DNA from: Geosiphon pyriformis uo1
Lineage: Eukaryota; Fungi; Glomeromycota
NCBI GenBank assembly: GCA_016748015.1
Contig: JAAOMT010000379.1
Coordinates: 296,042-360,041, forward strand
Reading direction: 5' to 3'
DNA length: 64,000 nt
Position 1 is the first letter of the stretch; the number at the start of each line of letters is the position of its first letter. The notes below the pieces were generated by a model, which was given only the letters and a program-made list of their open reading frames with translations, was not told the origin of the DNA and did not search any database. Both the position numbers and the translations under genes were made by a program. Positions 25,657-39,951 of this stretch are shown here, in pieces.

Positions 25657-26585
25657 TAAAATAATAATAATAAATAATAATAGTAATAAACTTTATGAGT
25701 GATATGAAATTTTTTTAAAAAAAAAGACACGGAAAATTTTAAATTTATCCAATCTTTTTAACTGGCAGATGAAAACTTTTTCGTTGTATTGACTCGACTC
25801 AGTTAAATATTCATTTGATGTTACCATTTCACAAAGCTTTTTACATATTTTAGGGTATAGTTAATCGGAAATTTGTTTTTAGAGCACTTAAGGGATCTAT
25901 TTGAAACGCGATAGACTATAAGAACTACCATGGCCCTTCATAATCAAAGCGAAGTGATTCATCACGAGCAAACCATACCTGAAAATTGAAATAAGTTCAT
26001 TTGTACTAAAAATAAGCTTATATTAAAATTAAAATTTTTTTTTTAATTTTATATTGATTTTTATTACATTTAACTTTGGTTTTAATTGGTTGAAATAAAA
26101 TCTAAATTTTTATTAAATGTTAAACAATAATTAAAATGTAACCTGTTAAAATCTAATGTTTAATTATTATTTTTTTAAAAAAAATTATTATCCAATTGAT
26201 TATTAATATTTGATTGATTTACCATTATTGATATATTTTAAAAAAATTATTATAAATAAAATTAAAATATAATAAAATTAAATCTAATCATATTAACAAA
26301 TATTAAATCAATAAAATTTTAATTTTTTTATACAATATTTAACTTTATAATGTACTTTATGATTGATAATAAAAAAGAGCAAAATATAAAAAAAATTCTT
26401 ACAAAATCTTTAAAGTTTTTTTTTTTTTAAAAAAAAAATTTTTAAGCAATTGAAAATTAGAGTATTTTTTGTTAGTTACAAAGCTAATTTTCAAAACTTT
26501 TGGTAATAGTTGTTTCAAATTATTTGTTAATATTTATGAGAAACATAATTTTCGTATCAAGAAAACTTTAAATTATGATAAACAG

Positions 26586-26586
<1 letters not shown>

Positions 26587-26631
<45 letters not shown>

Positions 26632-26643
26632 CATTATTATTAT
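26587..26643 (+). repeat. (TAT)n microsatellite
   Basis: Direct reading. It produces the poly-Leu run in the spurious ORF 26469-26684. Confidence 0.9.
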
Positions 26644-26965
26644 TTACATTACAAATTTTTTTAAAAGCTCAAGATAGATGTTAATCATAATGCAATAATA
26701 TTAATTTGTAAACTAGTAAATGATAACAATTTCCAAAAAAAAAAAAATATCAAACTATGGTATCATTCTAAATAAATTTTTGTTTGTTTGAAATAACAGC
26801 ATTATTTTTAATTACTAAATATTTTTTTCAAATTATTTACTTCTTATCACAAGTCCTAAAAATCTTATTTTATTTACATATATTACGATATTTTTTGTTA
26901 TCCAAAAAAATGAGCATGCCACCAAGATAACAACAGTTTTGGAATGGAACAAATCAAAAAAATTA

Positions 26966-27728
26966 TCATAAGAATCCAAATAAATTTACACTCAAATTGA
27001 TTGTTAAAATTTGTTTCATCAGGGATGTAAACAGCAAAAAAAGGGATTAAGAAAATATATCCAGTCAACAATAGTGAATATAAATGATTTCGTTTTGGAT
27101 AAAGAGAAATATCAATTATAAAACTTGCTGCGTCTTCTTTTCCTGTTTTTTAAATAAAATTTTATTAATTTATTAAAAACTCAAAAAAATTCTTTGAATG
27201 GAAATTTATAAAAGTGAAAAAATTCAAATACCTATAATCATTAAAATTACCAACAAAATGTTTTTACCGGTGCTTCTGACAGCTCGAGTACTTTCAATTG
27301 GCGATATTACCAAGGTTATAAATAATCCTCGGTAAATAGTTTCTATTACTAATAATCCTAAGCATACATGTTGAAGACCAGACTGTAGAATAAAAATTCA
27401 ATCACTTATTACAATCAATGTATCATAAATTAACACATCAAAAAATACAAAAAATTAATAATTCACATACCGTTGAATTGAAAACAATAAGTAAAATACA
27501 TCCAAGTATTAACATTATATTGATAAGACACCACATTCCCAGCCAAAGATTTCTCATAATCATCAATAAATTGACAAATTTTTCAAATCTTTGCTCCCAT
27601 TTTCTTCGTCTGTATGTATCAAAAAAAGTTGGCTCATCAGGATGAAATTCTTCAATTTGAATAGCCATTGCTGTAATAGAACAAGAACTAGTTCTTCGTT
27701 TTTCCTCTACAGGTTTTACGAGCGCCAT
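26966..27728 (-). CDS. Small membrane protein of unknown function (about 3 exons; 3' structure uncertain)
   Basis: ATG at 27728; exon 27728-27471 (GTATGT donor), then an exon from 27382 after CTACAG (SGLQHVCLGLLVIETIYRGLFITLVI). Several hydrophobic helices. The last exon begins near 27142 and its frame is ambiguous. Confidence 0.45.
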
Positions 27729-28624
27729 TTCTTCTTCGTTTATGTCTGGTAAATACTTTTTAAGGAAAAATACTTTAGAGTAAAGTGGTTCACTGATTAC
27801 TTTTTTTCTAATCAAGACCGTAATTTTGAGATTTACAACGAAAAAATGACATTTATATAATTTATTGTATTGGACATTGTAAACATTGTAAACATTGTAA
27901 ATAGTTACTCATGTTTCATCAAACAATTGTGTACTCAAATACAGAGTTGCAAAATAGTCGAAAATTTTTTTATTAGAAAGAATCTCAAGAATCAATAAAT
28001 ATCATAGAATTGACCATCCATAATCTTGAATTGGCATATATGGCTTATTGCTATTTTTGCTGACTTACCTCTTTTGTAACGCTTGTAATTTGATAAATTT
28101 TTTGTACTTTGCCACATTTATACGCATTCATATTGCTCTTATTAATCTCTTTTACAATTACTGTTTGTACATCGTTTCTCAAAAATATCAGAATCATGCA
28201 GATGGTAACTTATGCTCACATTTTTTATTGTGTCGCTAATGATATTTGTTTCCGTGTTTCAATGGGCTAACAAACTCGTTCAAATTTTGATCAATTATAA
28301 CGATTTACAATTTTAAACTCTGTGTAATCGTTCCCTTTTGATGAATTGACCCAAATTAAAAATTTTCACCCTCTTTCTATTTGCCCACTTTTTGCGCCTT
28401 TTGTGAAGAATTATGGACTTTTCAGATGACTATCAATTTTGGATTGGATAATTTTTCTTTATGAAAAGTACTAAACGTATCATGAATATTAATTTTTATA
28501 TAACCAACTCTCAAGATTAATATTATTAGAATAACCATTCTGGCCGTCTTTTAATCAAAATTCTGTGCATGGAATCTGTAATCAATCTACAAATATAGAA
28601 TCTTTTGCTTCCAAATCTAGAAGT

Positions 28625-28659
<35 letters not shown>

Positions 28660-31600
28660 GATCTTTTTCTCGAAATTTTTTCCTATTATAACAATGGAGA
28701 GGTTATTAAAAATAATCACACAATTAGAGACTAACTTATTTGGGAAATGATGTTTATGTTTTTCAAATCGATATACTTTTCCTATTTGCCTGATTTGTTT
28801 GGCTCGGTAACAATGAAAGAAAAAGGGTTTTTACCATAAGTGGATAATCTAAAAGATTCATTATTTTTCATGTTGCATGTGCGGGGAAAATAATGTTCAA
28901 GCCAGAAAAGGAATGTTTATTTGTAGATAAATTCATTATTAGCTTAGCGTGACAATCCATGATGACTAATATGAAAAGGATTTTATAAGGCGAAAAAATT
29001 CCTTGATTGTCCTATAATTGCCAATATTATATGAAAGAAAAAAAATTTTTCGTTTTTGACAACTTTTTCAAAAATTTTTGAGATATAGGCTCAATGAAAA
29101 ATCATCTCTATGCACACTTTTAAAGTTTTCAAATATTATTAAATTCAAAAACAAATACAATGTAATTTTTAGCTATAAAAATCTAATAATTTTCATGTAT
29201 TTAATTGGAGGGACACATAATATTCAAAACTTTTTTTTTATGTCATCTTTTTTTTTTTTTTTTGCATATTTCAAAGAAAATTTTTTGAGCTACCTGCTGC
29301 TGCTGTACCATATCTAAATGAACAATAGAGGAGCAAATCATTTTGTTTAAACTATATCAAAGATCAGATATTACAAAACCAAAGTTGAATCATAATTGAG
29401 TTTTTTAAAAAATAAAAATTACACAATGCATAGTCGTTTCAGTTAAAACTAAAATTTTAATTTTCTTATTACATAAATTACTCAAAATTACAAATACTTG
29501 TTGAATGCATCAAAAAAAATGAAATTGATTATATTTTATATACAAATGTTACTGTTATGAGAATCTACCTGATGACCCTCTAGACATCCCGTCTATATCT
29601 AAATTAAAAAAATATGTGGTAAAACGATGAAAGCAGTTAAAAAAGCAAGATTAATTTTTCTTTTAAATTGAATATCTTGTTTAATAAGGAAAGCGACAAA
29701 TTTTTTTTCATTTCGTGAGAAAATACCCATGGTGTAGGTATCTCCTGATTTAATTGGATCAAATAATACATTGTAACCATTGAACATCAGACTAATTTAA
29801 CATGCATATTTCCGACAGTTTTATCAGTAAGACTATTATATTTATTCTTGGTGAAAATTCAAAAAAAGTTTTTTTTAAGTAAAATATTTTGATGAGAAAT
29901 TTAGTAATTTTAATAAAATTTAAACTTGATCTAACCTTTTCGTATTATTGAATATGAGTTATAATTTAGATTTATATCCAGAATTTGATTCAATATCAAT
30001 TCACTTTGAAAGTTAAGTAATTAGCTAAAATAAAATAAAAAATGTTTACTCTCTTACAGGTTTGCATGAGCTAAAGAGTTTTCAAAATTTTATTAAAGAA
30101 AACAATGATTTGAATAAAATGGGGCTTTTAACTTTGTTAATTGCCTACAAGAATTTATTATAAAAATTTTATTTCTAAAATATAAATATATAAAAAAATT
30201 ATTGCAATTAAAAGAAGAAAAAAATTTTTATTAGACTTTTTGAAAGTGATAAATTCTTGAAAAAAAAATTCTTGGTAAAAAAAAATATATAAAAAAGTTG
30301 TAGCACAATTATAAGTAAAGTTTTTATATTAAAATTAAAATTAAAATTTCATACTTCATAATGTTTATTAAAACAATAATCATACCATTTCATACGCTAT
30401 CCAAAAAAAAAAAAGAATCACAGTATAAACGAACAAAAAATTGAATATTTAATTGACTTGGTTAATAAATTTATGTTATTATATATATTCATTAATTTTT
30501 TTTATTTAACTTGTAAAAACTCATTTTAAAAAGTGTATAAGAAAAAAATAAATAAATAATCATTTTAACTTTTATATAAAATGAATTAATACATATACAT
30601 GAAAGCTTTTTTAAATCAGCTTTTTAAATTATTCAAAATTACAAAATTAATTTTTTATTGAATCAAAATTTAAACATTTTTCAATTTCCAATTTCTAATA
30701 AAAAGATTACCAAAAATTTCTCTTGATAAATATGAATCTTTTACAATCCATACTAATTTTAAAAAATTAAAAAATTTGAATAAAGATTATAGACTATACT
30801 CTAACAGCAACATTAGAATATTTTCAAAATTACAAATCTGGGAAATCTTTTTATAACCTATAAAAACAGATTATATTATATTAAAATTCTTAAAATTTCT
30901 TTTTGCAAAAATATTGTTATTAAATTTAATTAATAATTACGTATATAATTAGTCTTAACATTATTCAAAATTGAATAAATAATATTTCGACCCTGTAAAA
31001 TAAAGTAAAATTTTAAATTAAAAAAATTAAATTGTCAAAGTATGTAACATTTAATTTATTTGCAATAGATATTGTGCCAGTCAGAATAATATTAAAAAGA
31101 ACCATTATTCACATAATATTTGAATTAACACTTTTCAATTGCTGTATAAAAAAACTTTGATTCCTAAGAAAAATATATATATATATATTTCATTCAAGCA
31201 TAATATTTATTATTATCATATTTTTTTGAATTTGGCGTTTTTTTTTCGTTTGATAATGGTGGACCAATTTTACCTTTATTCTATTTAATAAATTTTAAAC
31301 CATTTTGTCTCCTTTCAAACAGTTCCCATTTTTTATTCTCAAGACTAGAATAAATTCTTTGAAATATCCAGCTATTTTAGCTTTTTAAATCCAAACTTTA
31401 ATTTTTATTTTTATTTCTATTTTTAAATATCATAATCTTTTTTTGGAAATTTTTTAAAATAAGCCTGAAAATTTTGATCAACTAAATCTTTGTTAAATCT
31501 CAAAATTGAATAAATCAGTCAAGTTAACTTATAAAAAAATATTAAGATTTTTTAAATCAAAAGATTGATTATCGACAAATTTGAATCTAATCTTGAAATT

Positions 31601-32161
31601 TTAAAAAATCTAAAAGATGAATATTTTTTTAAAAGTGCTTCAGACATTTGGCATTGATTTTTACAAAATGAGAATATTTTTAATCGTAATTTTCAAATGC
31701 TTACAGCCACATTTTCTCTTTAAAAGAATGGATTTGTTTTACTTTTTGAAACGTTGAATTATACAAAATTTAAAATTAAATTATCTTAACTTATTCTTTA
31801 TATCTCATTTTTTCTTTATAAGATTTTAAAAAGTGGCCCAGAAAACCATTAATTAAAATATCGGTAACCTCTCATCTCAAAAATTCCTAATTATTGTTAA
31901 ATCTAACATCAGGACAAATTGAAAAAAAGGTGGAAATTAAGTAAGGTAAAATATTATTAAGATTATATTAAATAATTTAACTGTACAAAAATTTTAAATT
32001 ATCGACTTAAAATTTAGATTTCAAAAATACACTGTGAAGATAGGTTTTGGGTAAAAATTTAATTGCAATAAGAGATTAAAGGAAAAACTCCCTGGCTTAT
32101 TGCAAATCACCTACCCAAACTGATGTCACTCCCAGAAAAAGCAAGACGAGGTCAAAAAATT

Positions 32162-34239
32162 TTACCAAAAAATTAAATGTGGATGGGTTTCTGCTAGTTG
32201 TAATATTGTCTCTCCAAAAAGAGTATTTGCCCATCTAGTAAGAAGAAGATTTGAATGAATTTAGCTTGTTTTTCGACTTGGAGTAATAGTAGAACATTGA
32301 CTTACGCAAACCAAGGGCGAGTGTATATTGTCGGATCTTCACATGATATTGATTCATGCATCAGACCTGTCCCAGCTGTAGTGGATTTCAATAATTCAAG
32401 GGTATCCAAAATTTCCTCGTCATTGTTGGATGTCAAAATCTGTAGAATTTAAATGTTATTAGGAAAAGAGTATCATCAAAGATTATTTTTTTCCAATATC
32501 ATCTTACCCTCATGCACATACTCATCGGCCAAATACTATAAAGTCCGATATGTGGGCCACCAATACCTTCTAGTTTTATGTGTTCACTGACACCCTCTAA
32601 TTTATAGCTTTTGTTATGAAACCAATATTTATTCCAATGACTCAAAACAAAGTTCCTTGTGTTTTGATATATTTTGTGATCTTGTGCAATGAATCCAAGA
32701 TAGGGTAAACTCAAGAGGCTGGGAACGTTGGCATCATCCATCAAATGTTGAGAACCATAGCCATCAATTTCGAACGCGAATATTTCGCCAAATACGGGAT
32801 GCTTTTTAATTGCCTCTTTATAAATTCCTTCTAAGATTTCGAAGGATATTTTATAGGCTACCAATGCGAGTTTAGGGTCGTGTCTATTGAGTAGTTCATA
32901 TAAATGAGCTAATTCAACAGACAACATTGCATTTGCTGGGATCAAGAACGGGAAAACGCAGGAATCATCTGACGGTCTGAATTGTGATTTCACAAGTCCT
33001 AAAAAACAATTCGTAAGAAAATACCGACTTCAAATTAGAAAGGAACTTTGTTTTGAAAACCAGTGTTGCAAGTACCTATTCGCTTAACTGGGGCACCTGA
33101 GATAAAACATTGTTAAATACTTATAATTATAAGAACCATCGCTGAATTTAGAATTCTCCTACCTCTCCCTTGTAACATCAATGTTTCTGTTGAAGTTCGA
33201 GCTTCTCTGGTAAAGGTATAAGCTTCTTGACCGAATTCCTCCATGGTCGCCGCTCGTTGTTGCTCTATCGTTTTCAATATTAGTTTTATTGCCTCTTTCC
33301 AATTTTTATGCAGAATAAAAGTTTCATCGCCTGTGTGTAACCAGTACTGATATGATAGTTTCATAAAGGCTGCCAATGAATCGACTTCCCACTTTGCTTC
33401 CCAAATGTCTGCCGTAGTGGGTGGTTTGATGTGATCTACATTTGACCAAGGATTTTTTGCCCTTTTAATTCTAGATTCAGGCGGTGGATGATAGGCATTT
33501 GCGTAAGGATGCTAAAATAACAAATTGCTTAAGACTTTATTCCAAAGTCAAAGAGAAATAACTATCGAAACCTTCCACATGTCAAAGACCTTTAAAATGC
33601 ATTCAGCTTGCATGTAAATTACTCCTCGAATCATGGTCTTAAGCTTTGAGTCATCTCTTGCGAATCGAATATATGGAAGAACTTGATTTGTCGAATCTCG
33701 GAGCCACATTGCCCTACAATTTTTTGAGAATTATAAACCATTGACCATATTGAACACAGAAGCTTCAACCATAACATTTTCTATTACTAAAGAATCTTTA
33801 ATTTACACAAAATACTCACGGAATATCTCCAGTTACAATAAAGGTTCTTGGTTCATCCTCATCAGCTTTATTCCATGCTATTGTAGTGTCTTTCAATTAA
33901 TTTTAATGATTTCGAAATTTTGATTATTATAGGCTGTGTTTCTTTTTGATATAACACCCAACTTTATATCTTACCCAAAGTATTTGGAAAACAATTTTCA
34001 AACATCCTTGCCAAATCTTTATCTTTCATCCGTTTTGTATAATCTTCAATTACTGCTTCAATCGCATCACTTGTAAATTTGCGAACTTTAGGACGAGCAT
34101 ATGGTAATTGAAGAGGCCCATCGCTCACATTTTTTGAATTATCAATTGACCATGGTAGGTTGGTATGTGGAGAAAATTTTTTGTTTCTAACCATGAAGTT
34201 ATGACTTGCAGTTCCAAAGTTAAAGTTTTTATCAAACAT
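32162..34239 (-). CDS. Glycoside hydrolase family 125 exo-alpha-1,6-mannosidase (~508 aa, 8 exons; start codon uncertain)
   Basis: Exons 34239-33975, 33889-33820, 33713-33590, 33511-33163, 33096-33076, 32998-32508, 32439-32306, 32234-32162, all phases consistent. Motifs FENCFPNTLDTT, TGDIPAMWLRDS, WEAKWEVDSL, FRPSDD, MDDANVPSLLSLPYLG, GIGGPH, WPMS, GLMHES, YTRPWFAWAN. Confidence 0.93.
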
Positions 34240-35336
34240 AGGATCCAAAATATAGAAATCAAGAGTATATTGGATTAAAATAAATTTTGTTACTTGGCCA
34301 TCAACACGAAACAGCGTTTATATCCACGATGAAATATATATGTGATGATCATGCGCTCCTGAAGATCATTAATTAGATTTTTAGAAATTTAAATATCAGG
34401 TGCAACGCCTCCTTGATAATTGAAGGTTTCTCAAGGATAAAGATAATACAGGTAAGGAGCCTCGTGCTACATTTGCAGTGTAAAATTCCATTTTAGTTTT
34501 GAAAAATCAATCCTAAAGCAATTATTATTACGTAATACATAATTCATTTAGAAGCTCGATTATTTTTTCATAAACTGCATTTTTCATCATCCCAGAATAT
34601 TCATAGGGGGGACTCAATTACTATTGGTATTGGCAAAGCACAATTTGATCTGAGGTGATTTGTTTGCTTGGCAAGGAATTTTTTGTAAAGTTTTTGAGAA
34701 TGTATGCTGCAAATCATATTTGATTGACGTGGGAAAATTTCCCCACGATTATTAAAAAGAAGTTTTGTTTGTGACCATGCAGATGTCAAAATATATCTGT
34801 AACGTGACATTTGATGGGGGATCCTTTACGAAAATTCAGCTCTTTGTTTTGGAAATTTCCAATCGGCACAAGATTGAAATTCGGAACTTTTGTTTAATAG
34901 TTTTATTGTTTCTCTTTCCATATATCTTATCACCGGGAGTTCATTTCAAATCTTTTTCATAAAGGAACTCTCAAATAAGTTCTTGGACAATATATTTTGT
35001 CGCCACTCAAATGTTTTGTACTTATTTTTTAAATGCATATGCAAGTTCTATATTACTGAAATTTAGAAATTTCTTGGGAAAAAAAATTGGGGGCAATGAA
35101 ATTATTAAGCTTCTCCCAACCATTAATATCCAATTCCTTCAATATATATATATATATAATATTGCTAAAAAAATTTTGGAGAAACAGATATTTTTAAATA
35201 TCAAGTTTTATTTTAGATTTTTCTCGGAATATTTAAATTAAAAGCAAGTTATTCAAGGGCGAAGAATAAATTCTTAATAATAGAGCTTAATATTTAAGCG
35301 CGAATTTTTTCAAGCTAGAGTAAACCCTATTAATTT

Positions 35337-36727
35337 TCAAAATTGTATTTCTCGGCATTTAAAGCCTCCATAGAACAAATGTACATCGTTTACTCCACAT
35401 CTCCAACTGTCATCCCTCTTTTGCGGCTCCCCAACCTCTTTGTACCAATTACTAGGATCATTATCACCCAGACAAGCAGCGATTAGCATTATTTTATACC
35501 CAGCTTCTTTAATCAAATTCACTGCATAAGGCACCACAATCTCACTTGTTGTTCGTTTTACATCATGTCGTAGTGAAATATATGGTTTACCCTTGAGAAC
35601 TGCCGTGCGAAAGACATCTTTCTGTTTTTGATTAGAAAAACCGTTTGCATCTCCTGAATCAACATCCCATCCAATAACTGTATATCCAATTTGGCCCAAT
35701 GTTTTTAAAACTAGATCAGATTGGGAACCCCTGCCATAAGGCAACCGAAAGTATCGTGGGACAACTCTCAATATTTTTCTCAAGGCATCTTCGAGGTACA
35801 GAACTTGGTATTTTATTTCGGCAGCTGTGATCTGTCTCATGTCTGGATGAGACCAGGAATGTAAAGCTATTTGGTGGCCTGATTTATAAGCACGGATTAA
35901 AACGCTAGCATAGTTGTAGATACAATTCCAGTTATTTCCATTTATAAAAAAGGTTGCTTTAACACCGGCTTCCTCCAGTGTATCCAGGACTTTATGACTC
36001 CACTTGAAAATTGGGAATCAGAATTTATATTAGATTTCAAATGAAAATGCAAATGGAAATTCCAATTTTCTTTTAAAAAATTGTGGAGTTTTTTTTAAAA
36101 TACCCTGAAAGGACCATCATCAAAACTAAGACCCCAGCTTTTCTCAAGGGAGCATGTGTCAAAATATGGTGCTCTCTGCGTCTCAAAAGCAATTGGTTGT
36201 GTTACCAACGATTGGTCAGCATTAATGCCTATATTTGATATTAAAGTTGGCTCTTCAACTGGAATCGATTCAATTTCCTGTTCTATATTCCCATAAGTAA
36301 TTGTTGGATTTTCATCTAAAGAGCTTTGTACATCAGAAATTGTGGTAAAATTTTCGGGCTCAGTTCCAAAGAGCGAAATATCTGTGTCTTTGTAAGGTGG
36401 ATAAGAATAAGAAATGGCCCCGATAGAGAAGTCAATAGGTGAGGAAAAGGTATCTAATTAATATTTGAGGTAAATTTTGGACACAGTTAAATATGGGTTA
36501 CTTATTTAGGGAAATGGCAGAAATATTTTTGATTAAAAACGATTCAAAAATGCAGCAGTTGCTTGGTTCTTACCAGGAGTTTTGATTATCGCACTGCAAA
36601 ACTCAAATTCGGAGTGACGAAGATTGTTCTCAACCAAATTCTGAAATACAGGTGCAGATATCCCTTGCTGAAGTAGACTAAGGGTTTGTAAAATGGCGAC
36701 TGAGTTTAAATATCTAAAAAGGTCCAT
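35337..36727 (-). CDS. Secreted chitin/polysaccharide deacetylase, CE4 (NodB homology; ~389 aa, 3 exons)
   Basis: Exons 36727-36574, 36453-36104, 36002-35337. All five CE4 motifs present: SFDDGP, HSWSHP, FRLPYG, DSGDA, LRHD; also KATFFING. Signal peptide and acidic linker; no obvious GPI tail. Confidence 0.92.
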
Positions 36728-37459
36728 GTGAGTTTCAATCCTCGGCTCAGAACAGCCGAAAAAATCTTTGCCAAATCAAATAGGCCTCGTAATAAGTTGT
36801 AAAACGATAATTATGTTTGATGATTGAGATTCTAACAAAATAGAATGCTTTCATTTTCAGATTTTTAAAATGAAACGAGATTGTGGTATATTTTTTGTTT
36901 GGGAATAATATTTTTAAAAGTGCTTTAGATTGCTGACCAATATAAATTGCACAATGACAGATCAAATTAAAACCTATTTATACAGAAATTTGGTTTTTTG
37001 GTTCAGGAGCTTTGAATTGCTTCAAAAGATGCTCAATTTCAGGATCATGTAACCCGAAAGATTGAACATCGAAGACTTACGGTAATTGGGCTTTTTAAAA
37101 ATGGGAAGAGATTATACTAAGGCATTATAATGTCTAAGATTTGCGCTGTTGAATATGAAAATTTGGCAAATGAATTTTCAAGGTCGATTGGTGCTTAAAA
37201 AAATGTACACATTTTATGACCATGACTTGACACGTGACATGAAAATGCTTATTGGTTGAGTTTGCGGGGTTGGGTTTTCGGAGTTGTATTTGCGTCTCAT
37301 AGACCCAGATAAAAATTCATTCTTTGGTTTTTTTTAAGAGCACGTGAGATGTAATCTTGTGCCAATATGGTCACTTATTGGTTTTAAAGTGTAAAGACTA
37401 TAGCACGCATCTATCTTATTATTAAAGAACTTTTAAATTCAAAATTTAATTCTAATCGT

Positions 37460-38905
37460 GATGCAATGACCTACCTTGTGTTCCATCTAATAATATTAGC
37501 AACCTTGTCAAAGCATGCCGAGATAGATGATGGTCCTATAAAACATTCATTCGCCCCAGATACCCAAATATTATCAAAAAAAAATTGTTGTTGAAGCATC
37601 ACAGACTTCAGCCATTTCTTTTCCTTAATGCTATTTTGCTTCTTTAATACGATACAAAGCTTTTTGTTCTACCTCCACTCACCGTGATAAACTTTCCCAA
37701 CTTACTTTCGACCTGTTTCAATATGTCTTTTTTCTCCATTCTGCAAAACTGGTTGTTCTCTTGAACAATCCAACTTCCGTCAAGTGTGAACTCTTTCAAG
37801 GCATTTTTGCCATCAACACAGTTTTTATCTGCTGCATGCAGAAAAGGAAATCTGTGCCATCAACGAGAGCATCAAAACAGGCGAAAAAAGCAAGGGAAAA
37901 GCGCCAGCAGTTTGTACCAAACGTGAAAAGATGATGAAAGACACTCTCAATCGCACACTATTAATCAAAGGTGTATCCAAAAGATGCTGAATAGGCTTGC
38001 CGAGGTTGTCTACTGGAGTCGAAACTGGCGCTTTTTATGCTAAAATTCCTATATCGGTCAATCACAATAGGCTTGGATAAAGCCATCAAAGTTAAACTTA
38101 AGCTTTACACAAACGCTTGGGCAAGAAAAGATGCTAATGAACACAAAGGCAAGAAACTTCAAAGAACTACAATATGATGCAAGCACAAATTCATGCGAAC
38201 TGTTCAGTATTTCAGAATGTTGCTTCCATAAATGTTATGGATAAAGGATTAATTACTAGGGAAGAAATAATCAGGCGTAATTTAAATCAGCACAAACTTT
38301 ATCGACAGAAATCTTTGAAATCTACATGGAACCGTTTCTATATCGCTCATTTCAAGCAATGCCAGAGAAAGATCCCCTGAGTGTCGTTTTCATTTCTATC
38401 TATCACAATCCCACAATTTCAGCAGTTGTACACTTCGGACCCTTCAAATCCTTGGATATTACTATATTGACTACAATTCTTGAATGTGTAAGCATTGTTC
38501 TCGATAATAGCACAGACCCTCGATCTTTGATGATCAGACATTGTCGAGAGCAATAATGCACCCAACAAAGCATTTTCGGGACAGTTTCGTATAATCTTTT
38601 CTAGTCTTGCAATTCTACATTTTCAACACTTCAAAAGGAGAAATGACAATGAAATCAAATACGCGGATAAAAAATTTAACAGGCTCCCAGTGAATTTCAC
38701 TTTGCAGATATATAACTATTTTGCGCATCAGAAAAATCGTCTTATCGAGTCGCCGGACCATTTTATTGAGGGTACTATGAATTTATTCTTTTGGGAGATG
38801 AGATTGTCCAATAGAATGGTTGCCAATCTCGCCTACACCTTTCGTAGGAGATTACCATGTAAAAGGTATACGAATGCCAGAATCAACAGAGACTGTAGCT
38901 TCTGA
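37460..38905 (+). pseudogene. GC-enriched decayed coding relic (gene or transposon), family not recognised
   Basis: About 1.4 kb with higher GC than its flanks. Overlapping partial ORFs switch frame (38174-38380, 38326-38556, 38690-38905) and carry many stops. Confidence 0.3.
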
Positions 38906-39951
38906 AAGTATAACCAAATTATTAAATGAAAACGTAAAAATTTCCCTATTTTAATTGTGGTCTTAGTTTCTCGTTTGTTACATTTTTTCAACATTTAAAG
39001 ATACGCTGGACAAAAATTTAGTTTAACGAAAATTTGACACGTACCCGTGCGCAGTTAATTAACATTGATACTAGCTCTTATCAAAATTGTGAGTGCTGAA
39101 GGAAATAAAGCGTGACCCCACAATAATACAACGGCTCCTAGCTAAATACAAAAGGACCAAGAAATCAAAAATTTATCACAGTACGGAAGACCCGCATATC
39201 CTAAAAACCAAACAAAAAATGCAATTATATGAAAAGCTATAAAAGAAATACACAAGCGACTCCGTAATATTATTAATGAATTAAAGCTTATATACTCTTT
39301 AACAACAGCCAGAATGGTACTTCATTAAGCAGGAATTCAATTCATTTAGCAGCAAAAAGGTCGTTTTTAGAAAATTAAGTAATTAAACGAGTAACTTGGT
39401 CCTATAAATCAAAATTTGTTTACGTTTTATTTTTCAATTGTTCAAGGATTTGGCTAAATATATGATTAATAAAACATTTGCACAATATACTTTACCAAAA
39501 TATTAATATCCAAAGAATTATCTAACAATTACAACCAAAAACTCATCTTTTGAAAAATTAAGCAACCACATAAAGTTCAACCCAATTATTCTCGGAAAAT
39601 GTGGCTTTTATAAAAATATTTAGTGGCTTTTATGAATTTGAGGCTTTTATTTTGCAAGTAAAGTCAGTTTAAATATAAATTTACTCTGAATATTTATTTC
39701 TGGAAAGGGTCAGGTAAAAAAAAAACTTGATTAACATAATGTGAGGAAAATTTTAATTACAACCTGTTAAGCCTTCGTTCTAAGCCTATTGATGACTCAT
39801 AATATAAAAAAGAGAGAAATTCTTTTACCTTATCAATTTGAATCGTTGAAGGGAATCTTTTCGTTTAAAAGAATACTTTTGTTTTTGAATATTTGAAAAT
39901 AATCTATTCTATAAGTAACATCCTTCTCAACTTTATGTAAAAGATAGAAAA

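Noticed and set aside
29560-29850. Short minus-strand ORF (DPIKSGDTYTMG)
   Set aside because: No start codon, splice model or recognisable domain could be assembled.
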